Shown piece after piece: positions 27,889 through 36,117 of a stretch of 64,000 bases of DNA; the stretch's first letter is position 1; each line of letters starts with the position of its first letter. Source of the DNA: a virus (taxonomy: Duplodnaviria; Caudoviricetes). The position numbers and the translations under genes are program-made. The notes under the pieces are model-generated. The model saw nothing but the letters and a program-made list of their open reading frames with translations. It did not search any database and was not told the DNA's origin. The stretch spans positions 96,001 to 160,000 of the IMG/VR virus record IMGVR_UViG_3300010163_000001; one strand, 5' to 3'.

Positions 27889-29136
27889 TTAAAAGAGATC
27901 ATTTAACACAGAATCAATCTCATCTTGTGAGGCTTCTGTATCGGATGCTAATTTATCCTGAGAGTTATTAACTAATTCTTGTACAAGTGAAGCATCATTT
28001 GATGTATCAATTGTCTTTGTCCTCTTCAGAAATTCAGCCTGCTCTTTTACTGTGTCAATATAATACCCAATCCGATTAATCGGGTATGTCATTCCAGAAA
28101 GAATCACAACAATCTGACCATCTGTTCCTTCTGTAACGCCGTAATTTTCATATACCCCATTTTTTGGTTTATGACCAATAAAATCAAAAATTTCTTGATA
28201 ATTTCCACTTCTGGAAACTTCTGTCATATCATCTGGGCAATTGATAATTACTGCCATATGAACAGCAATTCCATCTTTTTGTATCATAACAGCAGGTCCT
28301 TTTCGGATCTCTTCAATGACACATTGCTGCATAGTCTTCTTTTCAAGAGTATTGGATGTGATATTATTCACCACATACGCTGCAAGATATCCCGGTTCCG
28401 AAATAACCGATTTCACATCATTTTCATCCATCATCTGCGAGGATGACATTCGCAAAAATTCTCCGCTGATTGCTTTAATCGTCTGAATTGCATGTTGATC
28501 CGCTTTGATAAATGCCTTATCGTTTGGCTCATCCGCAAACTGGTTCAGATCAGTTAAGCTGTATGGAATCCCAAGTTTCTGAATCTCATCCAAGCAATAT
28601 GCCGTATTGCTGAATGCAATATTGCTATCAGTATTCTTCGGAGTAATTCCATGATACATGATAATTTTCTTTGTGAACATCCTGGTCAATACTCTGCATA
28701 TTTCTGGAGAAACAGAAGGACCTGTTCCACCACCAGTTGCAGATGTTACTACAATGACATCTGCTGCCTGACATGAATTCATGAAGAACTCATTTTCTGT
28801 AAATAATTCACGTCCATTTTCCTTCCAAAGAGCGACACCTTTTCCCACATTCTTTCCTGATCCACGAGCTTCTTTTCCAACGATGAAACATGGGATCGTT
28901 CCGTCCATGATTTGATCACTCATATCTTTTACAGAAGAATTAACTGCGAATACGTCCATTCCTTCTCTGTAGCCATATGAAATAGTTTGATTACCAGCAT
29001 TTCCAACACCAATAACAAATACTCGAAGATGTACATCTTTTTCAATTTTGGTTTTAATCTTCGTTACTGGGTGTTGAACTTTTTGAGCAGCAGTTGTAAT
29101 TACTTCATGCTCTTGAATATTTTCGTTCTCTGACAT
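27889..29136 (-). CDS. Tubulin/FtsZ-family GTPase (PhuZ/TubZ-like)
   Basis: VIGVGNAGNQ, GKEARGSGKN, signature ATGGGTGP, MDENDVKSV (T7-like loop). Confidence 0.85.
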   Translation of the reverse strand: MSENENIQEHEVITTAAQKVQHPVTKIKTKIEKDVHLRVFVIGVGNAGNQTISYGYREGMDVFAVNSSVKDMSDQIMDGTIPCFIVGKEARGSGKNVGKGVALWKENGRELFTENEFFMNSCQAADVIVVTSATGGGTGPSVSPEICRVLTRMFTKKIIMYHGITPKNTDSNIAFSNTAYCLDEIQKLGIPYSLTDLNQFADEPNDKAFIKADQHAIQTIKAISGEFLRMSSSQMMDENDVKSVISEPGYLAAYVVNNITSNTLEKKTMQQCVIEEIRKGPAVMIQKDGIAVHMAVIINCPDDMTEVSRSGNYQEIFDFIGHKPKNGVYENYGVTEGTDGQIVVILSGMTYPINRIGYYIDTVKEQAEFLKRTKTIDTSNDASLVQELVNNSQDKLASDTEASQDEIDSVLNDLF

Positions 29137-29183
29137 TTACTTGTCCTCCTTTAATTTTATTTAGATATTTTCATATCTATTGA

Positions 29184-29193
29184 AATAATATAT
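29184..29193 (-). promoter_or_regulatory. Putative early-type promoter core ATATATT(A/C)TT
   Basis: Also at 2553-2562(-), 7282-7291(+), 26609-26618(-), 32126-32135(-), 38611-38620(-), 38915-38924(-), 42715-42724(-), each intergenic and oriented with the downstream gene or element; TATATT core as in phiKZ-like early promoters. Confidence 0.5.
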
Positions 29194-29206
29194 TATCATT
29201 ATTTCA

Positions 29207-29929
29207 TTATATTGTTGGAGATGGTATAACTTCTGGTGGATAAACTAAATTTGTTCTAAATCCCTGCATTGTAAAATATGCATCTAAGCTATTAATTGCA
29301 ACTTTATCTTCTTGATTGTTAGATAATTCCTCTAGAGATACATATCCATCTCGATTAATTGCATTATACATTTCATTCTTTGCTCTCATATTATCAGCTC
29401 TCGGTCCTAATAATTCTTTTAGTGCATATAGAGAATCTGTTGCAACCATAGAGTATGTCTCAACGTTGGAGTTAACAGCGTTTTTATCATCACCTACAAC
29501 TTGACCAGTTTTTGGATTCCTTTGATCAATATGAATAGAGCCGGAACTTTTCTTCAACAAGGTCTGTTGCATACGTTTCTCATGAATATAACCAACTGGG
29601 ACTGGCTCTGGTGTCACGATCGGATTATCTGGGTCACCATTAATATGAGAGATTAATACATATTCAAATAATGGGATTCCTAATTCATCTGAACACTTAA
29701 AAATGTTCTCCAATGTAAGATCTCTTTCATACTCAATAATCTCCAAATAAAATCCTTTTTGCGTATCATCATTAAGAAATTCTTCAAACTTTTCTGCAAA
29801 GTCTTTATCCGATAAACTTTCATATTTTTTTTTAAATATTTTAAAATTTTCTCCAGATGGATCTAAACTATCATATAATCTTTGTACATAATCCATCACA
29901 TATTTTCGTTTTTCTTTTATTGATTTCAT
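29207..29929 (-). CDS. Second RNA polymerase beta C-terminal fragment (probably a virion RNAP subunit)
   Basis: PVPVGYIHEKRMQQTLLKK...KTGQVVGDDK...VETYSMVA...ALKELLGPRADN...MYNAINRDG aligns by eye with the RpoB C-terminus VTVGYMYMLKL.H.VDDK...TQQPLGG...MEVWALEA...LQEMLTVKSDD...YEAIVKG. Confidence 0.75.
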   Translation of the reverse strand: MKSIKEKRKYVMDYVQRLYDSLDPSGENFKIFKKKYESLSDKDFAEKFEEFLNDDTQKGFYLEIIEYERDLTLENIFKCSDELGIPLFEYVLISHINGDPDNPIVTPEPVPVGYIHEKRMQQTLLKKSSGSIHIDQRNPKTGQVVGDDKNAVNSNVETYSMVATDSLYALKELLGPRADNMRAKNEMYNAINRDGYVSLEELSNNQEDKVAINSLDAYFTMQGFRTNLVYPPEVIPSPTI

Positions 29930-29941
29930 AAAATCACTTCC

Positions 29942-30580
29942 TTACATACTAAATTCACTGCTACTCGTTGGATTATTTAATGGAGTGATATTTTCAGAAT
30001 CTTTTCCTTTTCCAAAAGTAAATACCTTGGATATCACAATTAGTCTTAATTGAATCAATTGAACATGTGCATCTGTTAATGCAATACTATCTTCATCATG
30101 AGGTCTATCTTTTCCAACTCCACGTTCTCTCTTAATTAATTCAATTTTCATTTTCTCTAATTCTTTATTCATATCTTGCATTTTCTTTATCATTAATTTC
30201 TTATCAACTTCAATGGTTGGAATCCCATCGTAATCTTCCGGCTTTGCGTACATAACTTGTGCATATTTTTTCGATGTCTTTGTCATATCAATTAACGTCA
30301 TGACATCATCAGCATCTACACTCCCTCGCTTTATATTTTTATCAACCGCTGCTAAACCATTGTCAATCTGATGGATATACATCATGATTTGATTTGGTAT
30401 TGTTGTTTTTTTCAAACGATTTGCATAGTATAATAATCTTTGTACGAAACTAATTAATTTAGTTATAAGGATTTGAATTCCTGCTATAATGTGATTTCCA
30501 GCAGATTTCATAGTGTCAGAAAACCCTTCGTTTACAATTTTATAATCTTCATAAATATTAAGATAATTCATAATATTCAC
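29942..30580 (-). CDS. Putative head/internal protein
   Basis: Short leader ending IVNEG followed by an amphipathic helix, similar in layout to 32245..32772. Confidence 0.55.
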   Translation of the reverse strand: MNIMNYLNIYEDYKIVNEGFSDTMKSAGNHIIAGIQILITKLISFVQRLLYYANRLKKTTIPNQIMMYIHQIDNGLAAVDKNIKRGSVDADDVMTLIDMTKTSKKYAQVMYAKPEDYDGIPTIEVDKKLMIKKMQDMNKELEKMKIELIKRERGVGKDRPHDEDSIALTDAHVQLIQLRLIVISKVFTFGKGKDSENITPLNNPTSSSEFSM

Positions 30581-30586
30581 CTCTTT

Positions 30587-31855
30587 CTAGTTATTCGTAA
30601 CTAATAAAATGAAATAAAAAAAGACAGCTTTACGATAATTTGTTTTTGTGCCATCTCGATTGGTTAAACGGAACGTATTTGATCCATGATTTAGCCATTT
30701 ATCCATGTGCTTTCTAACATTTACAATGTTTTTATCCACTGAATTTCCTTTTTTAATTACATCTTTCATCAATGCTAAGAATTTTAATGAATGAATCGAT
30801 TCTATAGTTGCTCTCGGATCATCCAATGTAAGATAAATATAAAACATTGATGTGTAAAAATCATGTACCTCATCACTACTTATTTCATTATGAACATATT
30901 GAAGTGTAGTTTCCAACTCTTTCACACTCACTTCTTTCGCTAACGTTGCTGCTTGTTTTGCTCTAGAAGAGCTAATACTCTCCATGAAGAATTTATTTGT
31001 ATACCTTTGTGCATAGGATTCTACAGATGCAATGATGGATGTATCTAATCTTTGTGTTCCCTGGTCATCTAATTTAGAAACACCAGTATAGACACGATTA
31101 TTATTATCATGATTTTTATAATATGCATTTGCAATTTTATTCACTTTACTACCGATATCGGATTGGATTTGATCCAGTATATATCGAATATCCTCATCAC
31201 ATGCGTTTATAACTCCTTCATGATAGTACTCAAATTTTGATTGTACTACATTTACTAATAAAGCTTTCAAGGAGCCAAGTTTCTTTATCAGACTATGGTA
31301 TGTTAAATTATTAATTGTATATACCATAACCTGCTCATCCACAGTTCCTAATGGAAATGACTTATTAAATCTTTTCCAGTAAATAGAATACCCATAATAC
31401 CCATAAAGTGCCTTTAATTTTTCTGGTTGCTTTGTAATAATGTAATATCTGGCAATTAAAAACATCGTTACCTGTAAGGGTAAAAATGCCGCTTTTTCTT
31501 TTACGTTTGGAGGCAATGGGACTTTTTTAATGTCTGCTCTTAATTCTTCCTGATTAATATTTGTGCTTCGAAATACGATATCATAATCCTCTCCTTTTTC
31601 ATTGGTTCCAAATGGAAGTATCTTTAGAAGATATGGAGAATTTATGATGTAACCATATTTATCTTCATATTTTGCAATATGTCGAAATAAATGTTTTTCT
31701 GTCTTTGGAAGAAAACTTTCAATGTTTACAAAATATTTATCCCTTAATGTAAATTCTTCTTTGAATTGATGATTGATACTATTTTCTCCTTCAAGAGCAA
31801 AATCATTATCATCCATCTCTCTCGGTATATCAAAAATAGGACTATTATAATACAT
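30587..31855 (-). CDS. Hypothetical protein, probably virion-associated
   Basis: 422 aa; acidic leader ending FALEG; late-type promoter at 31890-31901. Confidence 0.65.
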   Translation of the reverse strand: MYYNSPIFDIPREMDDNDFALEGENSINHQFKEEFTLRDKYFVNIESFLPKTEKHLFRHIAKYEDKYGYIINSPYLLKILPFGTNEKGEDYDIVFRSTNINQEELRADIKKVPLPPNVKEKAAFLPLQVTMFLIARYYIITKQPEKLKALYGYYGYSIYWKRFNKSFPLGTVDEQVMVYTINNLTYHSLIKKLGSLKALLVNVVQSKFEYYHEGVINACDEDIRYILDQIQSDIGSKVNKIANAYYKNHDNNNRVYTGVSKLDDQGTQRLDTSIIASVESYAQRYTNKFFMESISSSRAKQAATLAKEVSVKELETTLQYVHNEISSDEVHDFYTSMFYIYLTLDDPRATIESIHSLKFLALMKDVIKKGNSVDKNIVNVRKHMDKWLNHGSNTFRLTNRDGTKTNYRKAVFFYFILLVTNN

Positions 31856-31978
31856 GATTTATTTCCTCCTTTCTTTTTTTTAATTAAATTACTACTTTGT
31901 TGTTTTTACGAGTGAATCAACAAAAAAAGAGGCGACACATTGCTATTCTTATCTTTACAGTATGTAATTGATAGCAGA

Positions 31979-32095
31979 TTATTCTGCTATCAATATTACG
32001 GATTCTTCTAACCAATCACGGTCTTCAAAATCCAGTACTTCTACTTCTTCATCTTCGTCATCTATGAAGTTTCTGTACCTTTTACAATTTAGCAT
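31979..32095 (-). CDS. Small acidic peptide, 38 aa (MLNCKRYRNFIDDEDEEVEVLDFEDRDWLEESVILIAE)
   Basis: GAGGTGA RBS, early-type motif at 32126-32135, hairpin 31967-31994 over the stop codon. Confidence 0.5.
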   Translation of the reverse strand: MLNCKRYRNFIDDEDEEVEVLDFEDRDWLEESVILIAE

Positions 32096-32244
32096 GTATC
32101 TCACCTCTTTCTCTTTTGCTATATAAATAATATATAAATCAAGATACTTACTCTTCGTGTCTGTAGATTTTTTATATAATCTTTACTATGAACTTTTATA
32201 TAATATTAAAATTCTTATAGATCTAAAGGAGGATTATATATATT

Positions 32245-32772
32245 ATGGATAATTCATATGCTATTGAAAGTTTTATTGAATATTGTGATGGTATGATGAT
32301 TGCAACAGAAGGAGTAAAAGAAGGATTTGAAAAAGTAAAAGCTTGGTTGATAAAACAGTTCACAAAACTAATAAATGCAATTCATGGGTGGGTACGCAAA
32401 AAGCAGCTCAAACATAATATAAAAGATACTATTAACAATAAAATGGGTGGATCAGCGTTAGCACATGCTTATGATGCATTAGATGGGTTATTGGTAAGAT
32501 GCAAAGCTGGTTTAGCGAAATCAAAAGCTCTTAATAATCAGAATCCAGAATTAGCAGAACAATTAAAACAAGAAGTAGAATTCTGCTCCAAAATATATAA
32601 AGAACAACTTAAAATATTAAATGGCAATATTGAGGCTGGTCAAGATATAGTTAGTGGTAGTGGTTATAAATACAATGATAAAGAAATGAGCAAATTAAAA
32701 AGAAATCAAAAACGAATACAAAAGAGAGATGATAAGTTAAAAAAATCAATGGAATCTTACATGATATATTAA
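32245..32772 (+). CDS. Putative head/internal protein with shared propeptide (FIEYCDGMMIATEG)
   Basis: AAGGAGG RBS, AACT-N6-TA motif at 32191-32202, leader shared with 12479..12901 and 13929..15260. Confidence 0.7.
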   Translation: MDNSYAIESFIEYCDGMMIATEGVKEGFEKVKAWLIKQFTKLINAIHGWVRKKQLKHNIKDTINNKMGGSALAHAYDALDGLLVRCKAGLAKSKALNNQNPELAEQLKQEVEFCSKIYKEQLKILNGNIEAGQDIVSGSGYKYNDKEMSKLKRNQKRIQKRDDKLKKSMESYMIY

Positions 32773-32780
32773 AAAAGAAG

Positions 32781-32805
32781 AGAGGCGACATATAATGTCG
32801 CCTCT
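32781..32805. terminator. Bidirectional terminator hairpin
   Basis: AGAGGCGACA-TATAA-TGTCGCCTCT between convergent genes. Confidence 0.75.
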
Positions 32806-32812
32806 ATTTATA

Positions 32813-35380
32813 TTATTTGATTCCTACTGATATAATATTATCACCAAGCGGTACAGGAACCATTTTTACACATTTTGCTTTTCTTGCTTTTATAGGGATA
32901 TTTTCTGCAGTAAACATCTGGTAAGATGTCCTTGTACACACTGTAATGTCAGAATCTTCTTTAATCCCATCAACATATATAATCTTGTCATTTGTTTCTA
33001 ATGTAGCTAAATAAGAAGAAACTTTGCGTTTTCCTGGCTGACCTAAATAACCCAGTTCACATCGTTTCATATGCCCTCTTTCTGTAACTATTAAAAGATG
33101 TGTATCATCATCTCCAATTACGCACATACCTTTACATGCATCGTCTGGAAGCAAATTGATAGATAGTAAACCAGATGCATCTTTAGATTGTACTGGAATG
33201 CGATCTGATTCAATATATGCAAAATTTCCTTTTTCCGTATAGATCAATAGATTAACTGGAACATTTCTTCTATCTAATATAATCCTTCCAGATACCAATT
33301 CATCATCTTCACGTATTTTCATTGCGCGAACATTCTTTTGGTTTCTTTTTGTTGTAAATTCTTTGATATCTGTCTTCTTAAGATATCCATTTTTTGTTAA
33401 AGTCATAATAGATACCTCACCGTCTAATTCATCTTTAATATATTTTTGTGTATCTTCCGCAAAGTATTGAAATGCTTCTACAATCTCACCATTCAACTTC
33501 CCAACATCATAAACTGATACACCATACTGTGATGGTTCACAACTATCAATTTCATGAACTGGAACACATGAATACCTACCAAAATTATCAAACATCATTA
33601 AGGAATCATGATTGTTAATCGTAATTCCATGTAATGGATAATCTTGATTCTTGAAAACCCCTAAAGATGGAGTTTTCTTTTTCAACATAACTGTTTCATC
33701 ATAAGGAAGTTTTTTAACCATTCCCAATTTTGATATCATGACAAAATGATTGGTATCTGCAATTTCCATGGAATCTTCTCCGGAAACAACTCTACTCTTT
33801 CTTCCAGTATCATATTTCAGAAGGTCATCCAACTCGACATCAATACTATCGTCAATTATTTTTGATGATTTTGTCATTGACATGTATCTTTCAAGGTCCT
33901 TTTCTAACTTCTTTTTCTCTTCTACATACTTATCATGTGCATCTCTAGAAAGCATACGTAACTTCATTTCTATAATCTTTTCTGCCTGATAAGAATTAAT
34001 TTTTATCTCTTTATTCGCCGTAAGAGCTTTCACACAATCAGCATCATTATTATTACGGATAATATTCAAAGTCTTATCAGCATTCTTCCCGGATGTTAAC
34101 ACGATTAGTATATCTAAGAATTGTAATCTGGCTTTAATTTTTGTAATTCTCTTATTGATTAGTCGTCTTTTGTATTCTCTCCTGGTATAAATCCAAGAGA
34201 GAATTAACTCTCTCATATTTAGCATTCCAATACTAAGAGCATCTTCTACAACTTTAAAGTTGACAGAAATTGGCTTCTCTAATTGGGTTAATGAGTATAA
34301 TTTCTTTATTATTTTATTCGGATCATGTGCTTTATTAACGATAATATCATACTTTAACTTCTTAGAAGTAATCATATCACCATTTGGACTTTTTTCTCTT
34401 ATTGGATAACTATGATCTTCGATATCTTTAATTGGTAATGTACCTGCTTTTGTTAATTGTGCAAGCTTCTTTCCTATGGAATCCAGTTCAACCATCCATG
34501 GAAGATTATGAACTCTCAGAATCCAAACATTTGGTCTTTTTGGATTTTCCTCCACGGTTATTGTAGCTCGCATTTTTAAAGTTCCATTTCCTGTATCACA
34601 AATTTCTCTTAATGATCCGTTATCTACAATATCACATCCAGTTGGAATATCTGGTATCATGTAGATATTCGGAGCATCTGGGTTACGTAATAATTTCTTT
34701 GTCAGTTTTACAATATCTTGAATTTGATATGGAGGAACGCAAAATGTATTTCCAGTTGCAATTCCAAATCCCCCATTTACCAATATATTCGGAAATTTGC
34801 TTGGAAGGGATAATGGTTCTTCCTCATCCTTTGAAGTATTGAAGATCGTTTCAATACAATCTTCATCATAATCTTTAAAGAAACATTCATATGCGTATTT
34901 ACTCATTACCATTTCAGTATAACGCATGTGAGCATAACCTTTTGGGTGTTCACTATTCCCGAAATTACCAGTTCCTTTAATCAAGGGAACTGTATTTGTA
35001 AAAGGTTGCGCCATTCCCACTAATGTGCCATAAATAGATCCGTCGCCGTGTGGGTGATACGTCATTGTATCACCCGTAACTACAGCACTCTTTTTATTTT
35101 TCCTATCTGGAAGAGCTCCCATTTTAAACATTGTATATAGACTTCTTCGTTCTACCGGTTTCAGCGAATCTGCCAACCTAGGAAGGTGTCTCATCAGATT
35201 AACATTCTGGATGAATAAAGTCATTGCCTGTTTATCAAATTCTCCAGTGTCTTCATCAATAATATTATCTGATTCACCTAAGAAATCTTCCTCCGTAATA
35301 TTATGCCATAAAAGGAGATCATCCTTCTTTTTCTTCTTCACTGTTTTCACCCCCTTTAAACATATAGACATATAATCCAT
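32813..35380 (-). CDS. gyrA: Type IIA topoisomerase subunit A (GyrA/ParC-like) with beta-pinwheel CTD
   Basis: LPRLADSLKPVERR, KKSAVVTGD, YHPHGDGSIY, GNFG, catalytic AHMRYTE, LVNGGFGIATG; repeated T..G..K blades. Confidence 0.92.
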   Translation of the reverse strand: MDYMSICLKGVKTVKKKKKDDLLLWHNITEEDFLGESDNIIDEDTGEFDKQAMTLFIQNVNLMRHLPRLADSLKPVERRSLYTMFKMGALPDRKNKKSAVVTGDTMTYHPHGDGSIYGTLVGMAQPFTNTVPLIKGTGNFGNSEHPKGYAHMRYTEMVMSKYAYECFFKDYDEDCIETIFNTSKDEEEPLSLPSKFPNILVNGGFGIATGNTFCVPPYQIQDIVKLTKKLLRNPDAPNIYMIPDIPTGCDIVDNGSLREICDTGNGTLKMRATITVEENPKRPNVWILRVHNLPWMVELDSIGKKLAQLTKAGTLPIKDIEDHSYPIREKSPNGDMITSKKLKYDIIVNKAHDPNKIIKKLYSLTQLEKPISVNFKVVEDALSIGMLNMRELILSWIYTRREYKRRLINKRITKIKARLQFLDILIVLTSGKNADKTLNIIRNNNDADCVKALTANKEIKINSYQAEKIIEMKLRMLSRDAHDKYVEEKKKLEKDLERYMSMTKSSKIIDDSIDVELDDLLKYDTGRKSRVVSGEDSMEIADTNHFVMISKLGMVKKLPYDETVMLKKKTPSLGVFKNQDYPLHGITINNHDSLMMFDNFGRYSCVPVHEIDSCEPSQYGVSVYDVGKLNGEIVEAFQYFAEDTQKYIKDELDGEVSIMTLTKNGYLKKTDIKEFTTKRNQKNVRAMKIREDDELVSGRIILDRRNVPVNLLIYTEKGNFAYIESDRIPVQSKDASGLLSINLLPDDACKGMCVIGDDDTHLLIVTERGHMKRCELGYLGQPGKRKVSSYLATLETNDKIIYVDGIKEDSDITVCTRTSYQMFTAENIPIKARKAKCVKMVPVPLGDNIISVGIK

Positions 35381-35960
35381 TTAAAAATCCTTCCTCAAAA
35401 GCTCCCGGGAAATATATATCACATTCTTCTTTTAATTTCTTTATCTCCGGATTATTCTCTATGTCTGAAAGGACAACATTCTCAATTGTTGGCAACAATT
35501 TTGCAACTTTAGTTGTTACTATCTTTACTATATCTTTATATGATTTAGTGTTCACGACAATATCCAAACTCCAGCTTGCACATTTTATATATGAAGAAAG
35601 AAGTCTGTTTTCATCTTTTATAACACCACTTTTGCTCATACCAACAAAATTTCTCGAATTAATTGATCTGAGTTCATCTATAATTATTTCTTTTATATTT
35701 TTACCAACCATTTCATAGTTTATTATCTTATTCTCCCCATTATTTTCGTCCTCTTTCCTCTCTTCTTCACACATGTCAATGTAAATTTTCCATTTTATCT
35801 TTTTAGCATTAGGGAAATTCTTTTTCGTTTCTGTTCCAGGATTTGTAAGGATAAATTCTCCCTCTGTTTGGTCATCTTCCAATTTCGATATAATTTTATT
35901 TACAAGGTCATCCCTATCTTCCCCGGCTAATTTTGAATATAAAATATCATTTTTATTCAT
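35319..35960 (-). CDS. Hypothetical protein between the topoisomerase subunit genes
   Basis: 213-aa ORF coupled to its neighbours. Confidence 0.65.
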   Translation of the reverse strand: MNKNDILYSKLAGEDRDDLVNKIISKLEDDQTEGEFILTNPGTETKKNFPNAKKIKWKIYIDMCEEERKEDENNGENKIINYEMVGKNIKEIIIDELRSINSRNFVGMSKSGVIKDENRLLSSYIKCASWSLDIVVNTKSYKDIVKIVTTKVAKLLPTIENVVLSDIENNPEIKKLKEECDIYFPGAFEEGFLNGLYVYMFKGGENSEEEKEG

Positions 35961-36108
35961 TTTCCTTGTCCCCCTTTATAATAATGCCATTATAAGATTT
36001 CGTCGCGTCTGCTTCCCTTTTACATATTTCAATTATCTTTTCCCAAAATTCTCTAAACGAACTTCCTTGAAATTCCAACATTAAAAGTCCATTTCTATTT
36101 TCTACCAT
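35953..36108 (-). CDS. Small hypothetical protein, 51 aa (MVENRNGLLMLEFQGSSFREFWEKII...)
   Basis: GGAGG RBS straight after the gyrB stop; fills the gap and overlaps the next start. Confidence 0.55.
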   Translation of the reverse strand: MVENRNGLLMLEFQGSSFREFWEKIIEICKREADATKSYNGIIIKGDKENE

Positions 36109-36117
36109 CTTTTCCTC

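Noticed and set aside
27510-27971. 153-aa plus-strand ORF over the periodic array
   Set aside because: No RBS, TTG start, overlaps the tubulin gene antisense, and covers only part of the array. The G-poor plus strand lacks TGA/TAG stops by composition, and 5-nt periodicity is not codon structure.
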